Source: Nitrospirota bacterium
GTDB lineage: Bacteria; Nitrospirota; UBA9217
Assembly: GCA_963845065.1 (NCBI GenBank)
Contig: CAWJQQ010000002.1
Span: forward strand, 64,001-128,000
Direction of reading: 5' to 3'
Length of the DNA: 64,000 nt
The notes below the pieces were generated by a model that made no database searches, was not told the origin of the DNA, and saw only the letters and a program-made list of their open reading frames with translations. Both the position numbers and the translations under genes were made by a program. This document shows positions 9,842 to 20,107 of the stretch, piece after piece (positions within the stretch are counted from its first letter, which is position 1; the number at the start of each line of letters is the position of its first letter).

Positions 9842-11796
9842 TTCAGCACCTCTTCTATTTCCGACAGGATTTCTTCATTCGTGAAATGATTTCCCTTGAT
9901 CGAACCCGTCGGGCAGGCTGCCACGCAGGTGCCGCACCCCTGGCACAGTACGTCATTGACGGCAGCAACCTCCTTTTCCGCATCAAAGGATATGGCTTTA
10001 TACGGACAGACGGACACGCATATTCTGCAGCCGGAACACTTGTCTTCGTCCACCTCGGCGTTTATCGGTTGGATTTCGAGCTTTCTCCCCACGACCAGGC
10101 CGGAAAGAATGTATCCGGCGGCGGCCATTCCCTGGCTCATTGCCTTCTGGATATCCATGGGCGACTGACAGGCGCCCGCAAGGTATATCCCTTTGATCTT
10201 ACTCTGCGCAGAATCCAATCTCCCGTGCAGTTCCTCGTAGAAACCGAACTTGTCCTGTTTCGTCTCGAGAACGGCACCGAGATTCCCCGCATTTCCCGTC
10301 GGCACAACGGCCGGACAGAGTACGATCATATCCGCGGACGCGGCTCCGTCTTTACCTTCGGCGTTCTTAAAGGCTATTTGCTTTTTCCCCGCTTTTTCCG
10401 AAACGGAAAGGTTCCGGATATCGCTGTACCTTATGAAAACTGAGTTCGGATTGCTCTTCGCATGCTGATACAGGCCAAACTCCTCCTTGCCAGGGATAGA
10501 GAGTTCCTTGTAAAAATGGTAGACCTTAGTGCCGGGGAGTTTCTTTCCGATGAGATGGTTAAACTTGAACGCATATTGGCAACAGATTCCGGAGCAATAT
10601 TCCTTGTGATTCTGATCAAGGCTGCCTACGCAATGTACGATGGCAACGCTTTCCGGGGCCTTTCCCTCCGATGTCTTGAGCAGACCTTCGGTCGGGCCGT
10701 TCGCTGCCATGATCCTTTCAAGCTCTAAGCTTGTATAAACATCGGGAAGCGTTCCGTAATGGAGGTTCGGGACCTTCCTGCAATCGTACAGATCCGACCC
10801 CACCGCTACGACGATTGCGCCGATAGTACGTTCTATTACTTTCTCCGCATCAACAAATATGATTGCGTCATCGACCGGGCACGCTTCCTTGCACTTTTCA
10901 CATTTCTCGCCCTTAAATCTCACGCAAAGTCGTTCGTCGATATACGGCAGGTTGGGAAGCGCCCCTGTAAACGGGAACGAAATCGCTTTTCGGTCGTCCA
11001 TATCGCAATTGAACGGGTTTTTCGCGCCGACGGGGCAAGCCCCGACGCATTCCGCGCACCCTATGCAGGAATGTGAAACATGCCTGGGCTTCTGGGTGAT
11101 CTTTGCGGTAAAATTGCCATAGGAACCCACAACTTCGGCCACCTCGGCCAAAGTCAGCAATTCAATCTTGTCCGCATGAGGGCCGTGCAGAATATCGCCC
11201 ATCAGCGGTTCCAGCATGCACGAACCGCACTCCATGTTCGGGGATACTTCCTCAAACCGCACGGGCAGGCCGCCGATTGCCGGGGATTTTTCGACGAGCA
11301 CAACCTTCCTCCCGGATTCCGCAATGGTCATGGCCGTCTTGAGGCCGGAGGGTCCAGCGCCGATCACCATCACATCGGTGCAGACATCAATTTCTTTTTT
11401 CATCAGTGGCGATTGGCGCGCTACGCGGCTTACGGCGGCGCGTATGTACCTCGTCGCTTTTTTGCCGGCTTGATCCCGGTCTTCCGTAACCCAGCCCACT
11501 TGCTCCCGCATATTCACCATCTGCATCAGGTATGGATTTATGCCCGCCTTCGACAATACCCGCATGAACGTGCCCTCGTGTTCCCGTGGCGAACATGCTG
11601 AGACTACAACGCGGTCAACTTTATTTTCGGCGAGGTCTTTTGCGAGTGTGTCCTTTCCGTCCTCCGAACAGAGAAAATCCACGGTTTGAAAATGAATACC
11701 CGGAAATTGTTGGAGGAGTTTGGCCTTGATCTCTCCGGAGTCGATCTTGTCGGAGATATTCGCGCCACAATTGCAAAAATAGACGCCGATCTTCAT
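9838..11796 (-). CDS. hdrA: Heterodisulfide reductase subunit A-like FAD/Fe-S protein
   Basis: Start reassigned to MKIGVYFCNCG; ACSPREHE, GAGPSG FAD motif, ferredoxin insert, YCSGICC, C-terminal 2x[4Fe-4S]. Confidence 0.93.
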   Translation of the reverse strand: MKIGVYFCNCGANISDKIDSGEIKAKLLQQFPGIHFQTVDFLCSEDGKDTLAKDLAENKVDRVVVSACSPREHEGTFMRVLSKAGINPYLMQMVNMREQVGWVTEDRDQAGKKATRYIRAAVSRVARQSPLMKKEIDVCTDVMVIGAGPSGLKTAMTIAESGRKVVLVEKSPAIGGLPVRFEEVSPNMECGSCMLEPLMGDILHGPHADKIELLTLAEVAEVVGSYGNFTAKITQKPRHVSHSCIGCAECVGACPVGAKNPFNCDMDDRKAISFPFTGALPNLPYIDERLCVRFKGEKCEKCKEACPVDDAIIFVDAEKVIERTIGAIVVAVGSDLYDCRKVPNLHYGTLPDVYTSLELERIMAANGPTEGLLKTSEGKAPESVAIVHCVGSLDQNHKEYCSGICCQYAFKFNHLIGKKLPGTKVYHFYKELSIPGKEEFGLYQHAKSNPNSVFIRYSDIRNLSVSEKAGKKQIAFKNAEGKDGAASADMIVLCPAVVPTGNAGNLGAVLETKQDKFGFYEELHGRLDSAQSKIKGIYLAGACQSPMDIQKAMSQGMAAAGYILSGLVVGRKLEIQPINAEVDEDKCSGCRICVSVCPYKAISFDAEKEVAAVNDVLCQGCGTCVAACPTGSIKGNHFTNEEILSEIEEVLK

Positions 11797-12293
11797 AACA
11801 CCACCCCGTCTGAATAGTGGTTCAGGTCCTTTATGATTTCCTCGACTGCCAGGGGGACCGACCGAAAGACCGCGTCGGTCAGTCTCTCGCTGAACGATTC
11901 CACGTCGCTTGCTTCGATCCCCCATACTCTGACTTTGGAAGGAAGGTGGACTCCCAGCATCCGGCCGAGTTCAAGTGCAGTGTCCAGATTAGTGTCATGG
12001 GTGCAGACGATGTTCCTGGTCGAACAAAGGTCATATGCGGAAAGAGGAATGATCGTGCCGGGTTGATGTCTGCCGGTCACCATGGCATCTATAATCCATG
12101 CCCGATCATAGCCGGTCATCGCGTCCATGAGCCGGATGCCTCCAGCGTAAACCTCCTTGACATCGACCTCACTCGCCGTCTCGCCGGCATCACCCCGCAG
12201 GCGCAAGCGATCCCTGATTTTCCGGGAGACGATAACCCCTACACTGTCGTCGCCCAAAATAGGATTGCCTAGTCCGATAATGACTGTTTTCAT
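11793..12293 (-). CDS. Hydrogenase maturation protease
   Basis: IGLGNPILGDDSVG, IIDAM and TH motifs. Confidence 0.93.
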   Translation of the reverse strand: MKTVIIGLGNPILGDDSVGVIVSRKIRDRLRLRGDAGETASEVDVKEVYAGGIRLMDAMTGYDRAWIIDAMVTGRHQPGTIIPLSAYDLCSTRNIVCTHDTNLDTALELGRMLGVHLPSKVRVWGIEASDVESFSERLTDAVFRSVPLAVEEIIKDLNHYSDGVVL

Positions 12294-12358
12294 CAATTTG
12301 TTGTGGCATGGATACCCTAACCTACCCGCAGGGAGGTTGGGGAGGAATTGCCATGCTG

Positions 12359-13594
12359 CTACGCAGCCATCCTTGCACTTCTCCTCTCAATTAAGAGTGT
12401 TGATGCCCGTTCCAGGAGCATCAAATCGTGATACTTTGCCGATGCATGAATCTTTGTCCCATTCAGCGTTCGAATGTCGAAATATCCAGTTGAGCGTCTT
12501 CCAAAGATAAATCCGTCGATTCTATTGAACCTAACCTTGTCGTATCTTCGGAATCCAAATAATGCGCGGGGTGCAGTGTTCTTAATATGACTCCGCTCTC
12601 CCTTGAACAGTTTTCTGTTGCACTTACGAACCTGCTGCATGCTAAATACGTCTTTTGACCGTTCCTGAATGGATCCATCGGCAATTACGAATGCGTCGTT
12701 AACATGGGATTTTTCAAGCCCCAGCCGCTTTCTGCCTAGCTTCGTAAGGTATCCATATGTATGTTCCGTATTGTAGCCTCGATTCCTCAGGCTATCGACC
12801 AGTTTCCAGCGGACCATAGACATGAACGTCTCAGCTTTGAACCCGTTTGATGGCTTTGATTTAAGCACGATTTCGCCGATTGTCGACTTCCCATGACAGG
12901 TTTTGCAAAGCGTTACCAAATTTTCCGGCCTATCTCCGCCCGTTTGGCGGGATTCCTTGTGATGCACTTCAAGGACGGGGTCTTTTGTTTTCCCCTTACA
13001 ATGCGTGCATTGGTGTCCGTCGCGATAGAGGACATACTCACGCACGTTCCAGAACCCCTTCTGGTCTCCGTTCTGGTACCCCGTACCAGAGATCTCAGGA
13101 TTCTTTATCTTTTGTATATCGAACGCTGCAACTTCGACGGTTACGTTCGCTACGGGAAGAATGGTATTTACCTGGTCAATAAGCTTGATGTGACTATCCA
13201 GTTTATGCTGCATGGACGGCGCAAGCCATCCCTCAGGTTTTTTCCGGTTAAAGAAGCGCGGCTGCCTGTACCACGTCTTGCGGTTGCGTCTGCTTCTCCG
13301 GTATGTTCGCCTTTCCGAATTCAGTTTGACCATGTCCTCCCGGAGCTTAACGTCAGCTGAATATACTTCTCGCTTTTTCGTTACCGCTGACAATCCGACA
13401 TTTACGTATCCGGAGTCAACGCCAAGTATCACCTGCTGCACCGTTTCGCCAGTCGCTGTTGTAAGTTGGATGGTGAATGGCGTCCTTTTGAATACCTTTG
13501 CTTTGCAGCTTTTCAGTAGCAGCCGCGCTGTTCTTGGCGAACAAGGCATCAGAGGTTCGCCTCTCTTGTTTAAAACAAAGACAGATACTCTCAA
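12359..13594 (-). CDS. iscB: RNA-guided endonuclease IscB
   Basis: PLMP domain, RuvC-I LGVDSG, Arg-rich bridge helix RRTYRRSRR, HNH (VHH..NLVTLCKTCH), RuvC-III SHVNDA; TTG start after AAGGAG. Confidence 0.95.
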   Translation of the reverse strand: MRVSVFVLNKRGEPLMPCSPRTARLLLKSCKAKVFKRTPFTIQLTTATGETVQQVILGVDSGYVNVGLSAVTKKREVYSADVKLREDMVKLNSERRTYRRSRRNRKTWYRQPRFFNRKKPEGWLAPSMQHKLDSHIKLIDQVNTILPVANVTVEVAAFDIQKIKNPEISGTGYQNGDQKGFWNVREYVLYRDGHQCTHCKGKTKDPVLEVHHKESRQTGGDRPENLVTLCKTCHGKSTIGEIVLKSKPSNGFKAETFMSMVRWKLVDSLRNRGYNTEHTYGYLTKLGRKRLGLEKSHVNDAFVIADGSIQERSKDVFSMQQVRKCNRKLFKGERSHIKNTAPRALFGFRRYDKVRFNRIDGFIFGRRSTGYFDIRTLNGTKIHASAKYHDLMLLERASTLLIERRSARMAA

Positions 13595-13599
13595 GTTCT

Positions 13600-13857
13600 G
13601 TTCTCCTTCCGGAGTTGCAGTCGTACCGACCTGCGCCGCATCGGGGTTGTTGTAATGGCTTGTCGAGCCGGCAACACCGTCCGTAACCCTATAGGACATT
13701 TAATCACCGGCGGCAGTTGCATGGAACGTGCGGAATATCCCATGGTGCCATGACCAAAACAACTTCTGCTGACTTAACCTAGACCAGCCCCCTAGTCAAT
13801 TGGCTCTTACAAGCCCCCACTACAATCACAACGCTGATTTAGTGGCGGGTAATTGAC
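13600..13857 (-). ncRNA. IscB omegaRNA scaffold (HEARO-like)
   Basis: About 260-nt region directly upstream of iscB with GTCAATT...AATTGAC pairing and several stems. Confidence 0.75.
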
Positions 13858-13862
13858 AGCAC

Positions 13863-15350
13863 CTAGTCCCGCCGGAACGTCTTGACGATGTCTCCGCGGC
13901 TGTCCTTGATGGTCACTTTGAGCGGCATCTGGCCGATGATGGAATGCGTGGCGCAGGAAAGGCACGGATCATACAGCCGGAAGGCCATCTCTATCATGTT
14001 CAACACGCTTTCCTCGACGATCTTGCCCTTTGAAATCAGTTTTTGCGCAGCCTTCTTGATCGACATGGTCATCGGCGCATAATTGTTTGTTGTGCCGACA
14101 ATCATGTTCACCTTCGTCAGCACACCCTTGCTGTCGCTTTCATAATGGTGGGTCAGCGTACCGCGGGGCGCTTCTACGGAACCTATCCCGACGCCGGCAA
14201 TCTTCCCGGGAATATTTCTCACATGAGGCGACGTTATCTCAGGATCCTCAGCAAGCTCCAGCATTCGTTCCGCCGCATACAAGAGCTCGATCAGACGCGC
14301 CCAGTGCGTTGCAAGCCGGAAATGAATCGGCTGACGCCTGCCATTGACCTCTTTTGCGCCAAAGGTATCGTACATCCGTTCGAAATGCTCCTGCGCCAAT
14401 GGTGTTGCCATGCTGTCGGACACATTCAGGCGTGCAAGCGGGGTAGCGGCATAGACCCCGCTGTCAATACCGTCGACAAACCCCTTCCAGCCCACTTTCT
14501 TGAGATAGGGGAATTTCAAGTATGTCCATGACTCAACTCGCTCGGCGATATGGCCTGCGTAATCGGACGGGTGATATTTGACGAACTCCTTCCCGTCGGG
14601 GTCCACAACCCGGATCTTCCCGTCATAGAAGTTGGCCCGGTTATTGTCATCAACTGTTCCCATATAGTATGTTTTATGGATATATATATCGGACGTCACA
14701 AGGTCAAGATATTTCGGATTTTTCAGGACGATATCATCGAATATCCTTAGCGTAAAGAGCGCAAACTCAATGTTCTTTTTCGCGACAGACTCTATCTCCT
14801 TCCGTTCCTCCTCCGTCACGCTTTTCGACCATCCTCCGGGCAAACCGCCGACAAGATGAATGCCTCGTCCCCCCAGTTGCTCAATGACATGGTGGTTTCG
14901 CGACCTGCACTCGATGACCTGCCTGCCGACATCAAGACCGACTTTTTTTATGACACCTAATACATTTCGCTCAAGGGGCGGCGCATCGGGGCCCAAAATA
15001 AAATCTGGTCCGCCGAGGGCGTAAAAATGAGTAGTGTGGTCCGTCACATAGAATGACGCATACAGGAGTTCACGGATTTTTTTCGCTGCTGAAGTCGGCT
15101 CCACACCGAAGAGCATGTCGAGCGCTTTGACGGATGCCATATGGTGGGCCTCGGGGCAGACCCCGCATATCCGGTTGGTAATGACCGGCATGTCCTCCGC
15201 AAGTCTCCCCACGCAAAACTGCTCAAAGCCCCTGAGTTCCGGCACCTGAAAATACGTGTCAGCAACATCCCCTTCCTCGTTTAGAAATATTTCTATTTTG
15301 CCGTGCCCCTCAAGACGTGTGATCGGATCGATGCTTATTGTTTTTGTCAT
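13863..15350 (-). CDS. mvhA: [NiFe] hydrogenase large subunit, group 3c-like
   Basis: ITRLEGHG, RICGVC, EAPRGTLTHHY, DPCLSCATH plus C-terminal extension. Confidence 0.95.
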   Translation of the reverse strand: MTKTISIDPITRLEGHGKIEIFLNEEGDVADTYFQVPELRGFEQFCVGRLAEDMPVITNRICGVCPEAHHMASVKALDMLFGVEPTSAAKKIRELLYASFYVTDHTTHFYALGGPDFILGPDAPPLERNVLGVIKKVGLDVGRQVIECRSRNHHVIEQLGGRGIHLVGGLPGGWSKSVTEEERKEIESVAKKNIEFALFTLRIFDDIVLKNPKYLDLVTSDIYIHKTYYMGTVDDNNRANFYDGKIRVVDPDGKEFVKYHPSDYAGHIAERVESWTYLKFPYLKKVGWKGFVDGIDSGVYAATPLARLNVSDSMATPLAQEHFERMYDTFGAKEVNGRRQPIHFRLATHWARLIELLYAAERMLELAEDPEITSPHVRNIPGKIAGVGIGSVEAPRGTLTHHYESDSKGVLTKVNMIVGTTNNYAPMTMSIKKAAQKLISKGKIVEESVLNMIEMAFRLYDPCLSCATHSIIGQMPLKVTIKDSRGDIVKTFRRD

Positions 15351-16336
15351 TCGATCTTTCCCTTCACGATGGAGCCCGGCAAGCTGTACTTGTAAAACGT
15401 GCCTGCGTAATCAGGGATGGAATCGAGAATGGCATCGATCTTCAGGTTGATTTCATCGTCCGACAGCCCCTTTGGATCTCCGATATCGATTACTGATCCG
15501 AGCGCAGCGATCATTTTGGCGCCCTGGTCCAGGACGCCTTCCGGAGGGCCATAGCAGCCAGTGCAGGGCATGTTCACCTTGGGACATAGTGCCCCGCAGC
15601 CGTTGCGAGTTGCAATGCCCATGCAGATCAGGCCCTGTTCCAGCAGGCACTTTTCTTTTTCGGGGATGATTTCAAAGGTCCGGTGAAACTTTGCGATTCG
15701 CTTATCCTCTTTCTTGCGTTCGCATTCATCACATACCGACGACTTCCCCGCCCCTAAGACGCTCCCTTTTGGCGGAAGGGCTGACCCGGCTATGACAGCG
15801 CTTACCACGTTCCATATCTGCGCCGGCTCCGGGGGACATCCCGGAATGTAAAAATCCACGTCTGTGACCTCGTTCAGCGTTTTCGCTTTGCCGTAAAACT
15901 TTGGCAGATGCAGCATCCCGTATTTTACCGGTGTTTCCGGCCGGGGCATGATATTTTCAGGATTGTCGATCGTCGGATTGTCTAGATAGACTGTCCTCAG
16001 GATGTCTTTTGCGGAGTGAAGATTGGCAATGCCTGGCACGCCGCCTGTGGAAGAGCATGCGCCGAATGCTATCATTGTTTTTGACTTTTTCCGAAGAAGC
16101 TGCGCCATTTCTGCGTTCTCCGTAGTCCGGATAGCTCCGTTAAACAGCGTGACTGCGATATCGCCGTCGGGCAGGGCTTCGATATCCTTTTTTTTCGTGT
16201 CGAGGAGGCACGGACAAAACATGAAGTTGAAGTTGGCGTCAACGTCGAGAATCTTTTCATGCAGGTTGACGACTGCGACTTCACACCCGCCGCAGGACGA
16301 CGCCCAATACAGGCTTAATTTAGGCTTTGCCGTCAA
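15347..16336 (-). CDS. mvhG: [NiFe] hydrogenase small subunit
   Basis: SSCGGCE, GAC, PGCPP, CDEC, CLLEQGLICMG, CTGCYG; no Tat signal. Confidence 0.92.
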   Translation of the reverse strand: MTAKPKLSLYWASSCGGCEVAVVNLHEKILDVDANFNFMFCPCLLDTKKKDIEALPDGDIAVTLFNGAIRTTENAEMAQLLRKKSKTMIAFGACSSTGGVPGIANLHSAKDILRTVYLDNPTIDNPENIMPRPETPVKYGMLHLPKFYGKAKTLNEVTDVDFYIPGCPPEPAQIWNVVSAVIAGSALPPKGSVLGAGKSSVCDECERKKEDKRIAKFHRTFEIIPEKEKCLLEQGLICMGIATRNGCGALCPKVNMPCTGCYGPPEGVLDQGAKMIAALGSVIDIGDPKGLSDDEINLKIDAILDSIPDYAGTFYKYSLPGSIVKGKIE

Positions 16337-16350
16337 CTGCTACCTCCTGG

Positions 16351-17694
16351 TTATAATGAATAGGAATTTACCACCGTTGAGGCCTTGTCCAGGGAATCAA
16401 CCATCTTGATCACAAATTCATTCAGACTGGCGGTCGTCAATGCAATCGTGTCCGATTTTGACGATATATTTTGGGCGGAGGTGTTCAGATCATTCATTGA
16501 GACGCTCTGTTCCTCCACGGCCGCCGTAAGGCTATCAAACCCATCTTTTATCTGTACTGTTTCCTTCTGAATTTTTGCGTTGGACTCGACTACCTGCGAC
16601 ACGATTGCCGACCCCGCTTCCACCCTCTCCTCGGTTTCCTTGATAAGGCCGGCCACCTGCTGAGTTGCATTTGCAACCTTGTCCGCCAGCTTTCTCACCT
16701 CATCAGCGACAACGGCAAACCCCCGCCCTTGTTCCCCGGCGCGTGCGGCCTCGATGGCAGCGTTCAACGCAAGAAGATTCGTCTGGTTTGCAATTTCATT
16801 AATGACGCCGAGGATGGTGGTAATCTGCTTCGTACTCTCCTGTATCTTTTGTATTGAATCGGCCAAGGACGTGATCTCATGAGTAATAACGGTGATATCG
16901 CTTACGATGCCTTCAATGCTGCCCTTGGATGTCGCGCCGATTTTCGCAATGGAGGTGATGGTATTTGTATTTTCTCCGACGGCCCGCAACATCGACTCAA
17001 GTTCGGTCTTCGGTCCTTGCGTAGAGCCGCCGAGATCAGCGGCAAGACCCACTACATTGCCAAGCACGGTCGCCGCTTCTATCAGGGAATCCTTTATGGT
17101 CTTTAAATCGACCCCAACGGTAGAATTCATAGCATTTTCATATTCCGCAAGGTAATTGCATAACGCCGAGGCGCCCCCATTGTCTTCCGGTGCAATGATT
17201 ATTTTACGGGTTTGCGAAAGGTCACGTTTTTTCAGGAGAGCTATTGCGTTATTGATTTCTTCATGGTTCTTGATGCAGGGAAAGGATTTATTCAAACTCC
17301 GGATAATACCGCCGAAACCGTTTGAAGGAATATCCGCATCGGCCGCTGTCGAGCGTTGATGGTTGAAGTCGGATGAAACATAATCCTTCAGTCTTTGAGA
17401 CGGGGTGATGAATTTCCTTTTTATCAGAAAGCCCACCGCAACCATCGCCCCCGCATAAAACGCCAGGGAAACAATCGCAGAGGCAGTCCTGATTGATTCG
17501 GCATTGCCGCGCAATTTCTCCAAATCCGGCAATCCCGATCCGGCCGCTGATTTCATACCCGCCTCATACTGGTCGATTATTTTCCCGGTAGTCTGCATCT
17601 GATAGGCTGTCATCGTGATAAATATAGCCGAGAGCAATAAAAATAACAATCCAAAACTCACAGTCAATCCGCCGGCCACGGAGTTATTTTTCAT
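16351..17694 (-). CDS. Methyl-accepting chemotaxis protein (2 TM, short periplasmic loop)
   Basis: [34 protein letters not shown]; ends 14 bp before mvhG. Confidence 0.93.
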   Translation of the reverse strand: MKNNSVAGGLTVSFGLLFLLLSAIFITMTAYQMQTTGKIIDQYEAGMKSAAGSGLPDLEKLRGNAESIRTASAIVSLAFYAGAMVAVGFLIKRKFITPSQRLKDYVSSDFNHQRSTAADADIPSNGFGGIIRSLNKSFPCIKNHEEINNAIALLKKRDLSQTRKIIIAPEDNGGASALCNYLAEYENAMNSTVGVDLKTIKDSLIEAATVLGNVVGLAADLGGSTQGPKTELESMLRAVGENTNTITSIAKIGATSKGSIEGIVSDITVITHEITSLADSIQKIQESTKQITTILGVINEIANQTNLLALNAAIEAARAGEQGRGFAVVADEVRKLADKVANATQQVAGLIKETEERVEAGSAIVSQVVESNAKIQKETVQIKDGFDSLTAAVEEQSVSMNDLNTSAQNISSKSDTIALTTASLNEFVIKMVDSLDKASTVVNSYSL

Positions 17695-18070
17695 TTAGTA
17701 TTCTCCTCATGATTTTGCATTTTCTTATTGGCATGAAGTGCCTCACCTTCGATTTCTCCGTGACAGATAATTTCCGGCAGAATATGCGGCATAAATAGTT
17801 CCACTGTCGAGTTGCAATATGTGTTTTGCGATAGCGTGCGGTGACGCAAAAGGTGTCATCGATCTCTTCACCTTCCGGTCGCTTATTGTCCTAGGAAATG
17901 CGGTTTTGTCCTCAAATCATTTGGAATTTATATTTGCAAGAGCCGACATGCGACGGTGCGGCGGCCGGACGAGTTAATACGTACTAATCCACTGCTGGTC
18001 GATCATTCATAAAAAGCCTCATCTCCCGCTGGGAAAACAGTCCGGCGCACCGAGCGCTTCCTTTATATAC

Positions 18071-18097
18071 TCATCGTCATAGTTGGTATTAACTTTA
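18071..18097 (-). promoter_or_regulatory. Putative sigma28 (FliA) promoter for the MCP-hydrogenase operon
   Basis: TAAAGTTA-N11-GACGATGA versus consensus TAAAGTTT-N11-GCCGATAA. Confidence 0.55.
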
Positions 18098-18580
18098 GTG
18101 TTTTCTTTTGCATCATCCTCATTTCAAAGCAAAATTTCTTTTTTTTCTGATCTCTTCAACATGAACAATGGCCAAGCCACATACTAGGGACTGGGGCATG
18201 ATGACTGACTTGTCATGCACAAGAATCCCTATTATGCGAAGGCATGTCCAGAGAAATTGAGTAATAATCCATAACCCACTGCAATTTTTGTGATCGGGAA
18301 CATCCCCACCGCCCTATGGAAATTTAGGGTGCGGGCAAACCATATACCACCACCAATTGGCGAAAAGTTAAAGAAATCGAAGATAAGGGTGACTTTATCT
18401 GATGTCAGGCATTATGACGCAGGAGTTTTATTGCAATTAAAGGAAATTTTTTAATACCGACAAGTTGCGTTTAGCCAAGGCTAAAACGAAGTGCAGCATT
18501 TAAGATAGCCTGAATACCCCAAGTGTTGCAATTTAACCGCAGTGTTGGTGCAATTATTATTCGAATAGAACCGCCGTTAT

Positions 18581-18607
18581 TAAAGATTTTCAGAAAATAG
18601 CCGAAAC
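18581..18607 (+). promoter_or_regulatory. Putative sigma28 (FliA) promoter for the che cluster
   Basis: TAAAGATT-N11-GCCGAAAC. Confidence 0.6.
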
Positions 18608-18757
18608 TATTATTGCGATACATTCTAGAAAATAAGAAAAGTATGGGACATTAACGATTCATCTGCTAAATGGCAATGCCTGACGCGTCAGCGGGCAATC
18701 AATAAGAGAAGTATGTCAGATTCGCGATTAACGACTAAAAAATAACACATTCATGGT

Positions 18758-18773
18758 CGGCACAGCTCTTGCC
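18758..18773 (+). promoter_or_regulatory. Putative sigma54 promoter
   Basis: CGGCACAGCTCTTGCC (GG-N10-GC with GGCAC and TTGC), about 80 bp upstream of the MCP gene. Confidence 0.55.
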
Positions 18774-18851
18774 GTGCTAGATAGTTGGGTAAAATTCGGC
18801 CGCGTTGCATGATAGACAAGAGGCATACACTATTCATGTCTCCACAAGCAA

Positions 18852-20030
18852 TTGAAAAGAAAGGGAAAAGTATTGTTCCGTATTAGCTCTAATCAGAAAC
18901 TTACCGGGAAAATCGCAGTCGGCATATCCCTCATGCTTGCCTCCGCCTTCCTCGAAAATACAATATACCGCATCATCCTCGCCTTCATGCTGTTTTTGGG
19001 GACTATCGCTGTCACTTATATACTTCTACGGCATAACGCAAGCCGATTCCTTGCTGAACACGAAGAAGCATTGAAACAGCTGCGTTCTGAAATGGACGCT
19101 TCCCGAAACTCTTTTTCAAGCTTCTTGATCGAGCGGTCGCGGCTCATCCCGGTATTTACCGGTCAGCTTGCGGAGGTCATGCAGCAGACGGAAACCGCAG
19201 CCCTCGAACTCGGGAAAAGCTTCATGAACATCGTTGCCCGGTCTCAGGACCAGGCAAAAAAAACGTCACTGTCACTTAGCGCTTATGCAAGCAAAGGCAA
19301 TGGCAACAGCGATACGCTCCTCGACATCAGCAGAAAAACGCTTCTGGAGGTCATTGATAGCATGAAGACCAATGCCAACCGTGAAGCACAGACGCTTAAG
19401 GACATGGAAGCGATCATTACACATATGAAGAATATCAGCGATATCGTGAACGAGATTGAATCCATTGCGAACCAGACCAATCTGCTTGCCCTGAATGCCG
19501 CCATCGAGGCTGCAAGGGCAGGAGAACAGGGCCGGGGCTTTGCCGTGGTCGCCGATGAGGTGCGTAAGCTATCCGACAGGTCGAATGCATCCGCTCTAGA
19601 AATACGAAAGCGCATCGTAACCATCGATAACAATGTACAAGAAATGTATGCGGAGACCGGGGAAAAGATATCCGAAAGCGGCCGGAAGTCGGAGGAGTCG
19701 GAACTGGTCGTTGTAAACACCTTAAACAAAATAGATGAAGCGAACCATAGTGCGGCAAAGCAGCTCGATGAACTCACCGGCGAAAGCGAATCACTCGCAC
19801 GGGACATCAGCGGGATCCTCATGTCCATGCAGTTCCAGGACATCACACGGCAGCGCATCGAACACGTCATAGAACCGCTGCAGGCGCTCAAAACCGAGCT
19901 GACCGAAACTGCACAACGGATGGGCGTGGGGACTGCTGACACGCCGGTTGGCAGCACAGACCTTTCCCACCTGGAGAAGATGTATACCATGGAATCAGAA
20001 CGACAGGTGCTGCGGGAATCGTTGACCTGA
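18852..20030 (+). CDS. Methyl-accepting chemotaxis protein (short; [13 protein letters not shown] / YTMESER C-terminus)
   Basis: Conserved MCP hairpin tip; N-terminal TM hairpin without a sensor domain. Confidence 0.88.
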   Translation: MKRKGKVLFRISSNQKLTGKIAVGISLMLASAFLENTIYRIILAFMLFLGTIAVTYILLRHNASRFLAEHEEALKQLRSEMDASRNSFSSFLIERSRLIPVFTGQLAEVMQQTETAALELGKSFMNIVARSQDQAKKTSLSLSAYASKGNGNSDTLLDISRKTLLEVIDSMKTNANREAQTLKDMEAIITHMKNISDIVNEIESIANQTNLLALNAAIEAARAGEQGRGFAVVADEVRKLSDRSNASALEIRKRIVTIDNNVQEMYAETGEKISESGRKSEESELVVVNTLNKIDEANHSAAKQLDELTGESESLARDISGILMSMQFQDITRQRIEHVIEPLQALKTELTETAQRMGVGTADTPVGSTDLSHLEKMYTMESERQVLRESLT

Positions 20031-20107
20031 ACCCACTGACCGTGCAGGGGAACTGAATTCAATAAATGCGAGACCTGTTTCGTCCAGGACCCGAGGAGGA
20101 GAAAGCA

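Larger units (their letters stand above)
12294..13857 (-). mobile_element. IS200/IS605-superfamily IscB (ISC) element inserted between mvhA and the protease gene
   Basis: Begins GTCAATTACCC 5 nt after the mvhA stop; ends after a GCAATTCCTCCCC..GGGTATCCATGC hairpin, just before ATGA; boundaries +/- a few nt. Confidence 0.8.

Noticed and set aside
13595..13699. N-terminal extension of IscB in the ORF track
   Set aside because: Lies within the omegaRNA region; the RBS and PLMP domain support a TTG start at 13594.
12294..13857. IStron-like self-splicing of the IscB element
   Set aside because: No room for, and no recognisable core of, a group I intron beyond the omegaRNA.
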